Part shown: piece after piece, positions 40,767 to 51,501 of the stretch
Position numbering within the stretch: the first letter of the stretch is position 1
How the letters are laid out: every line of letters starts with the position of its first letter
Assembly: GCA_902585365.1 (NCBI GenBank)
Contig: CACIDF010000001.1
Span: 60,408 to 124,407 of the forward strand
Reading direction: 5' to 3'
DNA: 64,000 nucleotides
DNA from: an uncultured Pelagibacteraceae bacterium
GTDB lineage: Bacteria; Pseudomonadota; Alphaproteobacteria; Pelagibacterales; Pelagibacteraceae
Position numbers and translations under genes: made by a program
The notes under the pieces: model-generated
Seen by the model: the letters and a program-made list of their open reading frames with translations, nothing else
Told to the model about the DNA's origin: nothing
Databases searched by the model: none

Positions 40767-41714
40767 CTATATCAACTTATCTTTAAGATCAAAAGCCAAC
40801 ATAAGCTCATTCCACTCCCTTTTTGATAGACCTGACTGTTCAGAATCTACTTTTTCACCACTGATCAGCTTTTGAATAATCTTTTTTCCTTTAGATGATA
40901 CCTCCGTGCCACCTACTCTATAGTCCATAAAAGCTTCATAAGTTGTTGGCACCCATCTTTTTAAAGTATCTAACATAACATCAGCGTAAGCTCTAATTTC
41001 ATATTGAGCATGATGATCAGCTCTTAATCTTAAAAAATTCATTAAATTTAAAAGATCTGTTTTCCAATACCATTGAGTGTAAGTGTTTAAAGTTAAATTC
41101 ATTCTAGCAAGTTCTCTTGCAAGACCAGTTTCTTTTTCGTCAACAACTGAACCATCGTATCTTTCATTTAACATTGTTTCGTAATTTTCGTATGTTCGCT
41201 CTGCATCATTTTTTAAAAGGCTTAAAACCTTTTTAGCTTGTTCACCTTGAAGCACATCTCCTCTTCCTTGTCTGTTACTTTTCGATTGAGCAGCTAAGTG
41301 TTCATTCTTTGGTAAATAAAATTCTTTGTCTAAAATTGAATAACGTGCTGAGTATTCATTAACATTTGCCGTTCTATGTCTTATCCATTGTCTAGCTATA
41401 AAAATTGGAAGCTTTACATGGTATTTAATTTCACACATTTCAAATGGTGTACTGTGCCAATGACGCATTAAATATTTAATTAGTCCGCTATCTGTAGAAA
41501 CTTTTTTTGTACCCTTTCCGTATGAAACTCTAGCTGCTTGAACAATTGAAGTATCATCACCCATGTAATCAATAACTCTAACAAATCCGTGATCTAAAAC
41601 TGATATTGCATCGTAAAGGATTTTTTCAAGCTCTGGTGCTACTACTCTTTTAGTTTTATTTTCTTGAGATTGTAAATCCTTTATTTCCTGCTCTTGTTCC
41701 TTTGTAAGTTTCAT
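40767..41714 (-). CDS. thyX: FAD-dependent thymidylate synthase
   Basis: [37 protein letters not shown] motifs. Confidence 0.96.
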   Translation of the reverse strand: MKLTKEQEQEIKDLQSQENKTKRVVAPELEKILYDAISVLDHGFVRVIDYMGDDTSIVQAARVSYGKGTKKVSTDSGLIKYLMRHWHSTPFEMCEIKYHVKLPIFIARQWIRHRTANVNEYSARYSILDKEFYLPKNEHLAAQSKSNRQGRGDVLQGEQAKKVLSLLKNDAERTYENYETMLNERYDGSVVDEKETGLARELARMNLTLNTYTQWYWKTDLLNLMNFLRLRADHHAQYEIRAYADVMLDTLKRWVPTTYEAFMDYRVGGTEVSSKGKKIIQKLISGEKVDSEQSGLSKREWNELMLAFDLKDKLI

Positions 41715-41759
41715 GAATTATTTATTGAATCTAATATAATTGCTTTTATATTATTAGTG

Positions 41760-42020
41760 TTGGTTTTCCAACTACGACGATAAACGAATTTCGTAATAAA
41801 CATTGCGGACGTGGGGGCAGTACCCACCACCTCCACCAATAATTTACAACTTATGGGGGTGAACTAGGATCGACGGATGTCTAAAAGTCTTTCTTTCGTT
41901 CGGAATTGTTCCACCGTAACGGGCTATTTATAATTGCAAATAATAAATTTGCACTTGCAGCTTAATTAATTTTTTAATTAAGTTACGGGGTTTTGGGGCA
42001 CCTGGCAACAGAACGCCCCT
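41760..42020 (+). ncRNA. ssrA: Permuted (two-piece) alphaproteobacterial tmRNA
   Basis: Acceptor piece with T-arm GTGGGGGCAGTACCCAC and CCTCCACCA ending at 41838; 16-nt spacer; coding piece starting GGGGGTGAACTAGGATCGAC at 41855; tag frame ANNKFALAA-stop at 41936-41965. Outer ends are approximate. Confidence 0.92.
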
Positions 42021-42054
42021 TTTTATTTTTAAAAAAATTTTATAAATTAATATA

Positions 42055-42351
42055 ATGTTTTTTGGTTTTATAGTTCTATTAATAATTTATCTACTGCATG
42101 AATATATAACTGCTTGGATAAGATACTATAATAAGACTGATAAAAGATTTGGTGACTCGGTCTGGAGATGGTCATATGACTATCAGGTAAAAGGAGTCAG
42201 AGATGTTTCTGATTTAGACGATAAAGAATTCGTGAGAAAAAGAAGAATTAGAAACCGAACAGTTTCATTTATGTATTGGAATTTTTTTATTGGATTTACG
42301 GTTACAATGTATTTGATAAGTGACGTTTTAATGTTTATTTTAAACAATTAA
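42055..42351 (+). CDS. Hypothetical small membrane protein
   Basis: 98-aa ORF with two TM segments filling the gap between ssrA and the convergent MazG-like gene. Confidence 0.65.
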   Translation: MFFGFIVLLIIYLLHEYITAWIRYYNKTDKRFGDSVWRWSYDYQVKGVRDVSDLDDKEFVRKRRIRNRTVSFMYWNFFIGFTVTMYLISDVLMFILNN

Positions 42352-42355
42352 GCTA

Positions 42356-42727
42356 TTAATACAAAAATTTTTTCAAATCAGGTTTAAAATATTTAGGTCC
42401 TTTCATAACTTTTCCCTTTTCATCGTAAATTGGCTTCCCGTCATCACCTAATTTACTCATATTGGATTTTTGAACCTCCTCAAAACACTTATCTAAATTT
42501 ATGCCAAATGCATGACCGGCACCATATGTAACGTATAAAATATCTGTTAATGCATCAGCGGCTTCTTTTAAATCTTTTTTTATTACAGCTTCTTTAAATT
42601 CATTAAGCTCTTCCTCAATTAAATTAATTCTTAAGTTGTTAATATTTTCACTACTTAAACTAGCTTTATTTTTAACTTCTTGTCCAAATGTCGTCATAAA
42701 TAATCTGACCTTTTCAAAATTTGTCAT
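42356..42727 (-). CDS. NTP pyrophosphohydrolase (MazG-like / PRA-PH family)
   Basis: LIEEELNE, DALTDILYVTYG, EVQKSNMSK, GKVMKGP motifs. Confidence 0.88.
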   Translation of the reverse strand: MTNFEKVRLFMTTFGQEVKNKASLSSENINNLRINLIEEELNEFKEAVIKKDLKEAADALTDILYVTYGAGHAFGINLDKCFEEVQKSNMSKLGDDGKPIYDEKGKVMKGPKYFKPDLKKFLY

Positions 42728-42784
42728 TTCTCTCCTATATGATTCTTTTAATTTTTAATGTATAAGATAAAATAAATTATCCAA

Positions 42785-44173
42785 ATGAAATTTAGAAAAG
42801 AATTTGATAGCATTGGTAAAATTAATGTGCAAAATGATAAATATTGGGGCGCATCTACCGAGAGATCAAAAAAGTTTTTTGATATAGGCGAAATTTATGT
42901 TCAAAAGATTCTTATAAAGTCAATCGCAATCATAAAAAAAGCAGCAGCAATTGTTCATAAAAAAGATAAACAAATTGAAACAGAAATCGCTAGAGCAATT
43001 ATAAAAGCATCAAACGAAATAATTTCTGGAAAACTTCAAAATAACTTTCCTTTAAAAGTTTGGCAAACAGGATCGGGAACTCAAACTAATATGAATGTAA
43101 ACGAGGTTATTTCAAATCGTGCAATCAAAATTTTAGGGGGTAAGTTAGGTTCAAAAAAACCAGTACATCCTAACGATCATGTAAATAAATCTCAATCCAC
43201 CAATGATGTTTTTCCCACTGCCATGCATATAGCAATAGCCTTGGAAACAAAAAATAAACTGCTACCAAACTTAAATCTTTTAAATAAAGAATTAAAAAAA
43301 AAAATTATAAAATTTAAAAAAATAATAAAAGTTGGCAGAACTCATTTACAAGACGCAACACCATTGACACTTGGTCAAGAATTTTCTGGTTACCAGTCTC
43401 AATTGCAAGACTGTATTAAAAGAATTAAAATTGCTATTAAAGAGATATATTTTTTAGCTCAGGGTGGCACAGCTGTAGGAACAGGTATCAACACAAAAAA
43501 AAACTTTGATAAAAAAATTTGTAAAGAAATTAGAAAATTGACAAATATTAATTTTAAACCGTCCAGAAATAAATTTGCTGCACTTGCTGCTCATGATTCT
43601 ATTGTTAATTTTTCTGGCACTTTAAATACCACTGCTGTGTGTCTATTAAAAATAGCAAACGATATTAGATTTCTTGGATCTGGACCTAGAGCAGGTTATG
43701 GTGAATTAAATTTACCAGCAAATGAGCCTGGATCTTCAATAATGCCAGGGAAAGTAAATCCGACTCAATCTGAGGCAGTTACGATGGTTTGTGTCAAAGT
43801 AATAGGTAATCATACAGGTATCACGATCGCTGGGTCTCAAGGACAATTTGAACTTAATGTGTTCAAACCATTGATTGCCTACAACATTTTGCAATCAATT
43901 GATCTACTTTCTGACAGTACAAAAAATTTTGCAAATTTTTGTGTTAAAGGAATTAAAGCAAATAAAGATAAAATGAAGAAAGATTTGGATAATTCTCTAA
44001 TGTTAGTCACTGCATTGGCTCCTAAAATTGGTTATGATAAAGCTGCTCAAATTGCAAAAAGGGCTCTAAAAAATAATACAACTCTTAAGACCGAAGTAAT
44101 CAAAAGTGGTTTAATGAATGAAAAAGAGTATCACAAAATTGTAGATCCAAAAAAAATGATTCAGCCGGCATAA
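42785..44173 (+). CDS. fumC: Class II fumarate hydratase
   Basis: WQTGSGTQTNMN, HPNDHVN, GRTHLQDATP, GSSIMPGKVNP motifs. Confidence 0.96.
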   Translation: MKFRKEFDSIGKINVQNDKYWGASTERSKKFFDIGEIYVQKILIKSIAIIKKAAAIVHKKDKQIETEIARAIIKASNEIISGKLQNNFPLKVWQTGSGTQTNMNVNEVISNRAIKILGGKLGSKKPVHPNDHVNKSQSTNDVFPTAMHIAIALETKNKLLPNLNLLNKELKKKIIKFKKIIKVGRTHLQDATPLTLGQEFSGYQSQLQDCIKRIKIAIKEIYFLAQGGTAVGTGINTKKNFDKKICKEIRKLTNINFKPSRNKFAALAAHDSIVNFSGTLNTTAVCLLKIANDIRFLGSGPRAGYGELNLPANEPGSSIMPGKVNPTQSEAVTMVCVKVIGNHTGITIAGSQGQFELNVFKPLIAYNILQSIDLLSDSTKNFANFCVKGIKANKDKMKKDLDNSLMLVTALAPKIGYDKAAQIAKRALKNNTTLKTEVIKSGLMNEKEYHKIVDPKKMIQPA

Positions 44174-45729
44174 GATGAAATTATTTTATTTGCAAATATT
44201 TTAAATTCAATCCAATTTGAAATTTTTATACCTCCACTATTAAATTCATAAATTAATTCGTCAATCTGTTGAAATTCTTTATCTTTAAAGCTATCGTTTG
44301 TTATTTTTAAGATTTTAAAGTCATTATTTGTAAGGTTGATCAATAACGCAAAATTTATTTTTTTTAAATTATTCCTATTTTTTTTTGGTACTACAAATTT
44401 ATTATACAATTTGTTTAAATCATTAATTAAAAATTCGACATCTCCTTTAAACATTAAATTATTTTGTTCTTCATATATAAGTCCTTTTTTAATTATTAAA
44501 TTCGCAATTTTATCATTGAAAAATATTGAGTTACTAAGTTCTAAAGTTTGACCTTTGAAATTTGCGTTTATTTTTAAATTATCAAATAACGGATTATTTT
44601 CTAATTTTTTTATATTTAATTGTATTTTACCATTAAAATTATCGTTTAGAATAAAATTCTTTGATAAAATTTCTTTCAAAAATAAATTATTTGAAAATAA
44701 TTTCTTAAGTTTAAGACTATCTAAAGATGAATTTACATCAAAATTAAATGGATCTAAAAATATATTTCCAGAAAAAATAAATTTATTGTTTCCAATAAAT
44801 GATTTAATAGAATTAAAATTAACTTTTTTATTACTCAATTCATAATTAATAATATATCTTGACCTATTTAAATAGATTTGTAACTTATTTTTTAACTTTT
44901 GATCTATATATTTCGTTGAATTTATAATATTTAGTTTTATTTTTTTAAATTTTAAATTTGTTAATTGCTCTTGTTTGTTAGAATCTTGCTTCCAGGTTAC
45001 TCTAAATGGAATATTAAATATTTCTCCATCTGATGTGATAACATCATTATTTATTTTATCATTATATAATATATCAATTTTCCTTATATTTAAAAATGAA
45101 ATGGTTTCATTGTTCATATCTTGATAAAATAAATTTGCCCTTTTAATTATCATTGATTTTTCCTTAAAACCTGTTTTCAAGAATTTATTAACGTAATTTA
45201 AATCTAACTTATTAATAAAAAAATTTGTCTCAAAGAGCTCTACGGATTTTATCTTTAATTCTCTTTTTTTAAAAAAATTAGTTTGAAATAAATAAATTTT
45301 TAATTTTTTTATTTCTGCAATTTCTTTTTGGAAATTATTGTTATTATGAAATATAACTACATCGTTAATTTGGAAGTGGGGTTTTGGAAGTATTGAATAA
45401 CTAATTTCAGGAGTTAGCGAAAATTCTAAACCGTATTGATCATTTATTAATTTGGTTAAATAGTTTTGATCAGTTTTATTATGCATTATTCCAGGAAAAG
45501 ATAGATAAACAAGGTAAGAAAATAACACTAAACTAAAAAAAAAGATTAAATAATTTATCTTAAATTTTTTTACATAAAACTTATTATATATATCTAATAT
45601 CTCTTTTTTTATATTTTGTGTTTTTAAGAGGTTTTTTGTATGTTCAAAGATATTATTAAAATGTTTAAAAATTTTATTTTTTTTGAATAAATTTAATAAA
45701 AAATTTAATTTCAATTTAAAATTTTTCAT
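44161..45729 (-). CDS. Hypothetical membrane-anchored protein, AsmA-like
   Basis: N-terminal TM followed by ISYSILPKPHF and a long beta-rich body; extremely AT-rich. Confidence 0.55.
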   Translation of the reverse strand: MKNFKLKLNFLLNLFKKNKIFKHFNNIFEHTKNLLKTQNIKKEILDIYNKFYVKKFKINYLIFFFSLVLFSYLVYLSFPGIMHNKTDQNYLTKLINDQYGLEFSLTPEISYSILPKPHFQINDVVIFHNNNNFQKEIAEIKKLKIYLFQTNFFKKRELKIKSVELFETNFFINKLDLNYVNKFLKTGFKEKSMIIKRANLFYQDMNNETISFLNIRKIDILYNDKINNDVITSDGEIFNIPFRVTWKQDSNKQEQLTNLKFKKIKLNIINSTKYIDQKLKNKLQIYLNRSRYIINYELSNKKVNFNSIKSFIGNNKFIFSGNIFLDPFNFDVNSSLDSLKLKKLFSNNLFLKEILSKNFILNDNFNGKIQLNIKKLENNPLFDNLKINANFKGQTLELSNSIFFNDKIANLIIKKGLIYEEQNNLMFKGDVEFLINDLNKLYNKFVVPKKNRNNLKKINFALLINLTNNDFKILKITNDSFKDKEFQQIDELIYEFNSGGIKISNWIEFKIFANKIISSYAG

Positions 45730-45771
45730 AATGTGTTAAATAATTTATATTAGTTTAATTTATTAATTAAA

Positions 45772-47805
45772 ATGGCAAATCTTAAATATATAGATAATTT
45801 AAATAAGTCTCAAAAAGATGCTGTTTTATGTATCGATGGTCCACTTTTAATTGTTGCTGGAGCAGGATCTGGTAAAACTAAGGTGCTAACCTCAAGGATA
45901 GCCCATATTTTGAGGGAAAATAAAGCATTCCCTAATGAAATACTATCTGTAACTTTCACAAATAAAGCTGCTAGGGAAATGCAAAATAGAGTCAGTAAAA
46001 TTCTTAATAATAAAGAGATTGGATTACCATGGCTAGGCACTTTCCACTCAATATGTGCTAAAATTTTAAGAAGACACGCTAAGGCAGTTAATTTAAATCA
46101 AAATTTTACAATTATAGATCAAGACGATCAATCCAGACTAATTAAATCAATCTGTAACGCAGAAAATATTGACATTAAAAAAATTTCGCCAAATTTTATA
46201 ATTTCTTTAATTAATAAGTGGAAAAATTTAGGTTGGTATCCAGAAAATGTAATTTTGAAAAAAAATGATACTCTTGAAAAAAATTTGTTAAAAATTTATA
46301 AGATTTATCAATCAAAACTTATTGATCTTAACGCATGTGATTTTGGTGATTTAATTTTACATTGTGTATCTATTTTTGAAAGGAATCGCGATATTAATGA
46401 AATGTACTCTAAAAATTTTAAATATATTTTAGTGGATGAGTATCAAGATACAAATTTCATTCAAAGCAAATGGTTAAAACTATTAACAAAAAATCATGAG
46501 AATATTTGCTGCGTAGGTGATGATGATCAATCTATTTATAGTTGGAGGGGCGCTGAGATAAAAAATTTTTTAGAATTTGATAAGATGTTTAAAAATACCA
46601 AAATTATTAAACTTGAGGAAAACTATAGATCTACTCAAAATATTCTTAATGTTGCTTCAGAATTGATATCTAATAATGAAAATAGAATGGGAAAGACTCT
46701 TAATTCAAATCAAAGTCAAGGAGAATTAATTAATCTAAATTGTTTTAAGAATGGTAAAGATGAGGCAACAGGTATTTCTAAAATCCTTGAAAATAAAATT
46801 TCTAAAAAATATAAATTAAACGATGTGGCTATATTAGTTAGAGCAATTTTTCAAACTAGAGAATTTGAAGAAAGATTTCTCAAAATAGGATTACCATATA
46901 GAATATTGGGTGGGGTAAAATTTTATGAACGAGCCGAGATAAAAGATTGTGTGGCATACCTTAGAATTGTCTATCAAAAAAAAGATGATTTAGCTTTTGA
47001 GAGAATTATAAATGTACCCAAAAGATCAATAGGTGATACATCATTTAAAATGATAAGCGAACATGCAAAAAAAAATGGTTTATCTCTTGAACAATCATCA
47101 AAAAATTTAATTAGTTTAAATAAAATAAAACCTAAAACTAAAATAGGTTTATTAAGTTTTTTGAATTTATTAGAAAAGTGGAGAGATGATTATTTTAATA
47201 AAAAAATTGGGCATGTAAAATTGCTGCAAATAATATTAGATGAGTCTGGATACTCGTTATTATTAAAAAATAAAAAAGATTTAGAAAATGAAAACAGACT
47301 TGAAAATATTAAAGAACTTTTAAATGCGATGAAAGATTTTGATAATTTAGAAAGTTTTTTAGAACATGTGTCTCTTGCTTCATCAATAGATAATGATTGG
47401 GATGGTGAAAAAATTAATTTAATGACTATGCATGCATCAAAAGGTCTTGAATTCGATACTGTTTTTTTGCCGGGTTGGGAGGAGGGTCTATTTCCGCATC
47501 AAAAATCAATAGATGAAAAAGGGCAAAAAGGTTTGGAAGAAGAAAGAAGACTTGCGTATGTAGGTATTACTAGGGCTAAATACGAAGTATATATATCATT
47601 TTCACTTAACAGATTTTATCAAGGAGATTGGATAGATAGTATTTCATCAAGATTTGTTGATGAGCTACCAGAAAAATATATTAAAAAAGTTAATAATTAT
47701 GAGAGAGAGGAAGATGAATTTTTTGACTTCAATCAGGATCAAGATAATGAGGAAGACATTTACAGAAGTCCAGGCTGGATAAGATATCAAAAGCGATTAA
47801 AATGA
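45772..47805 (+). CDS. uvrD: UvrD/PcrA ATP-dependent DNA helicase
   Basis: AGAGSGKT, TFTNKAA, VDEYQD, VGDDDQSIY, ENYRS, HASKGLEF, EERRLAYVGITRA motifs. Confidence 0.95.
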   Translation: MANLKYIDNLNKSQKDAVLCIDGPLLIVAGAGSGKTKVLTSRIAHILRENKAFPNEILSVTFTNKAAREMQNRVSKILNNKEIGLPWLGTFHSICAKILRRHAKAVNLNQNFTIIDQDDQSRLIKSICNAENIDIKKISPNFIISLINKWKNLGWYPENVILKKNDTLEKNLLKIYKIYQSKLIDLNACDFGDLILHCVSIFERNRDINEMYSKNFKYILVDEYQDTNFIQSKWLKLLTKNHENICCVGDDDQSIYSWRGAEIKNFLEFDKMFKNTKIIKLEENYRSTQNILNVASELISNNENRMGKTLNSNQSQGELINLNCFKNGKDEATGISKILENKISKKYKLNDVAILVRAIFQTREFEERFLKIGLPYRILGGVKFYERAEIKDCVAYLRIVYQKKDDLAFERIINVPKRSIGDTSFKMISEHAKKNGLSLEQSSKNLISLNKIKPKTKIGLLSFLNLLEKWRDDYFNKKIGHVKLLQIILDESGYSLLLKNKKDLENENRLENIKELLNAMKDFDNLESFLEHVSLASSIDNDWDGEKINLMTMHASKGLEFDTVFLPGWEEGLFPHQKSIDEKGQKGLEEERRLAYVGITRAKYEVYISFSLNRFYQGDWIDSISSRFVDELPEKYIKKVNNYEREEDEFFDFNQDQDNEEDIYRSPGWIRYQKRLK

Positions 47806-49493
47806 TCTCTACAAAAATTAAGAAGTTAAGGCAAAAATTTTCAAAATATAATATTGATGGATATATTGTGCCTAAAAATGATGAGTATTTTAACGAGTAT
47901 TCATTTCCTGACAGATTAAAATTCATATCTGATTTTGATGGATCAGCAGGACTAGCTGTTATTTTGTTTAAAAAAAATTATCTATTTGTAGATGGGAGAT
48001 ATACGATACAAGCCAAATTCCAATCTGGAAAAAATTTCAATATTTTTGAGATACACAAAAAATTACCATGGAAAGTTTTAAAACATAGGATCAAGTTAGG
48101 TTATAATCCATATTGTTTCACGAGCATAGGTTTAAAAAGATATTTTAAAAATTACTTTACATTAGTACCAATACACACAGATTTAGTTAGAACCATAAAA
48201 TCGAAAAAAATTAATAATAAATTTTTTTTTTTAAAGAATAATATTTCAGGGGAAAGTTCTAAAAATAAAATTAAAAAAGTTATAAATTTCCTTAATAAAG
48301 ACAAATCTGATTGTATTTTCATAACCGCGCCTGAAAACGTTGCTTGGTTATTAAATATTAGAGGTAAAGATAATCCCCACAGTCCAATTCCAAATTGCAG
48401 GGTAATTTTGAAAAAAAATGGTAAAATACATTTATTCACAAAAAAAACAAAAATACAATATTTGCTCAAAAAAAATAATTCATTGAAAATAACATTGGTG
48501 GATCAAAATAAAATTAGTATTTTTTTAAAAAATCTTAATTCAAAGAAAATTATATTAGATAACTTGAGTTGTTCCTTAGCTTATGAAAATTTAATAAAAA
48601 ATAAAATCGATATATCAAGTCAAAACGACCCAATATATAATATGAAATCTATAAAAAATAATATTGAAATTAAAAATATTATTAAGTCACATATTTTTGA
48701 TGGAGTGGCAGTAACTAAATTCTTGTACTGGATTAAAAAATGTAAAAAAAAAATTACTGAATTAGCGGCTGAAAAGAAATTAGAATACTTTAGAAAAAAA
48801 AATCAAAATTATTTATATCCAAGTTTTAATACAATTTCTGCATCAGGAGCACATGGTGCAATTATTCATTATAGAGCCACTAAAAACTCAAATAGATTAA
48901 TCAAAAAACAAGATATTTACTTGTGCGACTCAGGTGGTCAATATAAATATGGGACAACTGATGTTACAAGAACAATGAGTTTAAACAAACAAACTAAAAA
49001 AATTAAAGATATATTTACTTATGTTTTAAAGGGTCACATAGCAGTTGCTAGTGCTAATTTAAATAAAATTAAAAGGGCAAATTTATTAGATAATTTAGCT
49101 AGAAAATTTCTAAATAAAAAAGGTTTAGATTACCCACATGGCACAGGGCACGGGGTAGGTTTTTTTCTTAATGTGCATGAGGGTCCTATAGCAATATCTA
49201 AGGGTTATAAAGTGATGATTAAACCAGGACAAGTGATGAGCAATGAACCAGGATTTTATAAAAAAGGTAAATTTGGTATTAGATTAGAAAATATGATTTA
49301 TGTTAAACAATTAAAAAATAAAATATTTTTTAAAAATTTAACGATGGTGCCATTTGATAAAGATTTAATAAATATTGATCTTCTTACTTATAAGGAAAAG
49401 AATTATCTGATCAATTACAATTTGGAGATTTACTCAAATATCCAAAAACATTTAACTTATAAGGAAAAGTTTTGGCTATTGTCTCAATTTTGA
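47802..49493 (+). CDS. Aminopeptidase P family protein (M24B)
   Basis: DGRY, DSGGQY, GTTDVTRT, HGTGHGVG, VHEGP, SNEPG, GIRLEN motifs. Confidence 0.9.
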   Translation: MISTKIKKLRQKFSKYNIDGYIVPKNDEYFNEYSFPDRLKFISDFDGSAGLAVILFKKNYLFVDGRYTIQAKFQSGKNFNIFEIHKKLPWKVLKHRIKLGYNPYCFTSIGLKRYFKNYFTLVPIHTDLVRTIKSKKINNKFFFLKNNISGESSKNKIKKVINFLNKDKSDCIFITAPENVAWLLNIRGKDNPHSPIPNCRVILKKNGKIHLFTKKTKIQYLLKKNNSLKITLVDQNKISIFLKNLNSKKIILDNLSCSLAYENLIKNKIDISSQNDPIYNMKSIKNNIEIKNIIKSHIFDGVAVTKFLYWIKKCKKKITELAAEKKLEYFRKKNQNYLYPSFNTISASGAHGAIIHYRATKNSNRLIKKQDIYLCDSGGQYKYGTTDVTRTMSLNKQTKKIKDIFTYVLKGHIAVASANLNKIKRANLLDNLARKFLNKKGLDYPHGTGHGVGFFLNVHEGPIAISKGYKVMIKPGQVMSNEPGFYKKGKFGIRLENMIYVKQLKNKIFFKNLTMVPFDKDLINIDLLTYKEKNYLINYNLEIYSNIQKHLTYKEKFWLLSQF

Positions 49494-51497
49494 AATTTTT
49501 TCAAAATCTGTTTGGTTCAATATTTTGACTTTCAAATCATTGGCCATTTTTACTTTTCTTGACGTGGGCTTTTCACCTGTAATTAAATAATCTAGTTTTT
49601 TGGAGACATTGCTTACAATTTTTCCTCCATTATTCTCAACTATTGATTTAGCCTCTGCTCTACTAATATTGTTTAGCTTTCCAGTGAACATTAAGATTTT
49701 ATTGGAAAATACTCCCCCTTTTTTTTTAGTAATATTCTTTTCAATAAATAAAATTTTACTTAAAGATGAAATAACTTTTAGATTTAAATTATTTTTAAAA
49801 AAATTTTTTAAAGAAGTTATTTGTGTCCCTCCGATGCCATCAATATTTGATAAATCTTCAATATTTTTTTGGTCTTTTAATTTAATAAAATTAGAATAGT
49901 TACCTAAAAATTCAGATATTAGCTTTGCATTTTCTTGGCCTATGTGTCTAATACCGAGAGAATAAATAAATCTGTCTAATTTTAATTTTTTTGATTTATT
50001 AATTGAGTTCTTTAAATTTTCTGCTGATTGAGAACCCCAGCCCTCTAGTTTAGAGATTTTTTCAAAGTTTAAATTAAATATATCATTAGGAAGTTTTATA
50101 AATTTTAAATCCCAAAACTTTTCAATTACCTTTTTCCCAAGCCCTTCTATATTTAGTGCATCTTTAGATACAAAATGTTTAAGTTTTTCCTTAGCTATTC
50201 TATTGCAATCAAAACCTACATCAGGACATCTTCTGACTGCATCAATTTTTTTTGTGACTTCATTAAATTCTTTAATAGTGTCGTAACCACAAGGACATTT
50301 TTTTGGAAAAGTAAATTTTTTTATATTTGAGTTTCTTAAATTTTTATCTACCGAAATAACGTGTGGAATTACATCGCCAGCTCTCTCGATTTTAACAGTG
50401 TCACCTATTCTTATATCTTTTCTTATTATTTCATCTTCATTGTGTAAAGTTGCATTAGAAACCATTACACCACCTATGTTAACAGGTTTGACTTTCGCAA
50501 CCGGCGTTAAAGCTCCAGTTCTTCCAACTTGAATATCAATATCAATAATTTTAGTGACTGAATAATTAGCAGAAAATTTATGTGCAACAGCCCATCTAGG
50601 TGCTGTAGCCATAAAACCCAATCTTTTTTGTAAGCTAAAATCATTGACCTTATACACAATGCCATCGATATCATATTTCAAATCAAATCTTCTTTTTTCA
50701 ATGTCAAAATGGTACTTAACTAAATTATCAACACCCTTAATTGTTTTATTTAATTCAGAAGTTTTAAAATTCCATTTATCTAAATCTTTTATAAAATCAC
50801 TTTGATTTTTTGATTTCATATCTGAAGTAAAACCAAAGGTATAGGCAATAAATTTTAATGGTATTAATTTAGTTTTGTTTGGATCTTTTTGCCTTAGTGA
50901 TCCTGAAGCTGCATTTCTTGGATTAGCAAAATCTTTTTCGATCTTTTTAAAATCATCTGTTTCAATGAAGACCTCGCCTCTTATATCAATTTCCTCGGGA
51001 AAATCTGGATGAGAAACATTCAATGGAATATCCCTAATCGTTTTTAAATTTTCAGTTATATCTTCGCCTTCTTCACCGTCACCTCTTGACAAGCCTCTTA
51101 TCAATTTCCCATTCTTGTAATTAAGTGAGGCAGAAATACCATCTATTTTAGGTTCGGCACTATATTCAAATTCATAATTTTTATCTAAGGCTAGAAAATT
51201 AATATTTTTTTTTTGAAAATTAATTAAATCTTCCTGATTAAATGCATTTGATAGCGACAACATTTTCACTTTATGCTTAAATTTTTGAAATTTTTTTGAG
51301 GGTTTATAACCAATTTTAGTGCTTGGCGATTTCGTGTCATCAAAACCATGTTTCTTCTCTAATTCTAAAATTTCTCTTTTTAATTTGTCAAACTCCTTAT
51401 CAGATACAATTGGCTTTTGATCTTGGTAATAAAATTTATTATACTTTTCTAATAAATTTAACTTATTTTTATAGTCTTTTAATGATGAACTGCTCAT
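49476..51497 (-). CDS. ligA: NAD-dependent DNA ligase
   Basis: EPKIDG, RGDG-EGEDIT, NPRNAASGSLRQ, QVGRTG, RAGDVIP, C-terminal BRCT. Confidence 0.96.
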   Translation of the reverse strand: MSSSSLKDYKNKLNLLEKYNKFYYQDQKPIVSDKEFDKLKREILELEKKHGFDDTKSPSTKIGYKPSKKFQKFKHKVKMLSLSNAFNQEDLINFQKKNINFLALDKNYEFEYSAEPKIDGISASLNYKNGKLIRGLSRGDGEEGEDITENLKTIRDIPLNVSHPDFPEEIDIRGEVFIETDDFKKIEKDFANPRNAASGSLRQKDPNKTKLIPLKFIAYTFGFTSDMKSKNQSDFIKDLDKWNFKTSELNKTIKGVDNLVKYHFDIEKRRFDLKYDIDGIVYKVNDFSLQKRLGFMATAPRWAVAHKFSANYSVTKIIDIDIQVGRTGALTPVAKVKPVNIGGVMVSNATLHNEDEIIRKDIRIGDTVKIERAGDVIPHVISVDKNLRNSNIKKFTFPKKCPCGYDTIKEFNEVTKKIDAVRRCPDVGFDCNRIAKEKLKHFVSKDALNIEGLGKKVIEKFWDLKFIKLPNDIFNLNFEKISKLEGWGSQSAENLKNSINKSKKLKLDRFIYSLGIRHIGQENAKLISEFLGNYSNFIKLKDQKNIEDLSNIDGIGGTQITSLKNFFKNNLNLKVISSLSKILFIEKNITKKKGGVFSNKILMFTGKLNNISRAEAKSIVENNGGKIVSNVSKKLDYLITGEKPTSRKVKMANDLKVKILNQTDFEKISKLRQ

Positions 51498-51501
51498 TAT
51501 A

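Noticed and set aside
41805-41875. tRNA-like sequence ending in CCA
   Set aside because: No anticodon arm; it is the tRNA-like domain of the permuted tmRNA.
42020-42727. Prophage or island integrated at ssrA (MazG-like and thyX genes also occur in phages)
   Set aside because: No integrase, att duplication or structural genes; the flanks are housekeeping genes.
44161-49493. Very low-GC stretch as a horizontally acquired island
   Set aside because: It encodes core genes (uvrD, aminopeptidase P), and the dcw genes are similarly AT-rich, which fits low-expression drift.
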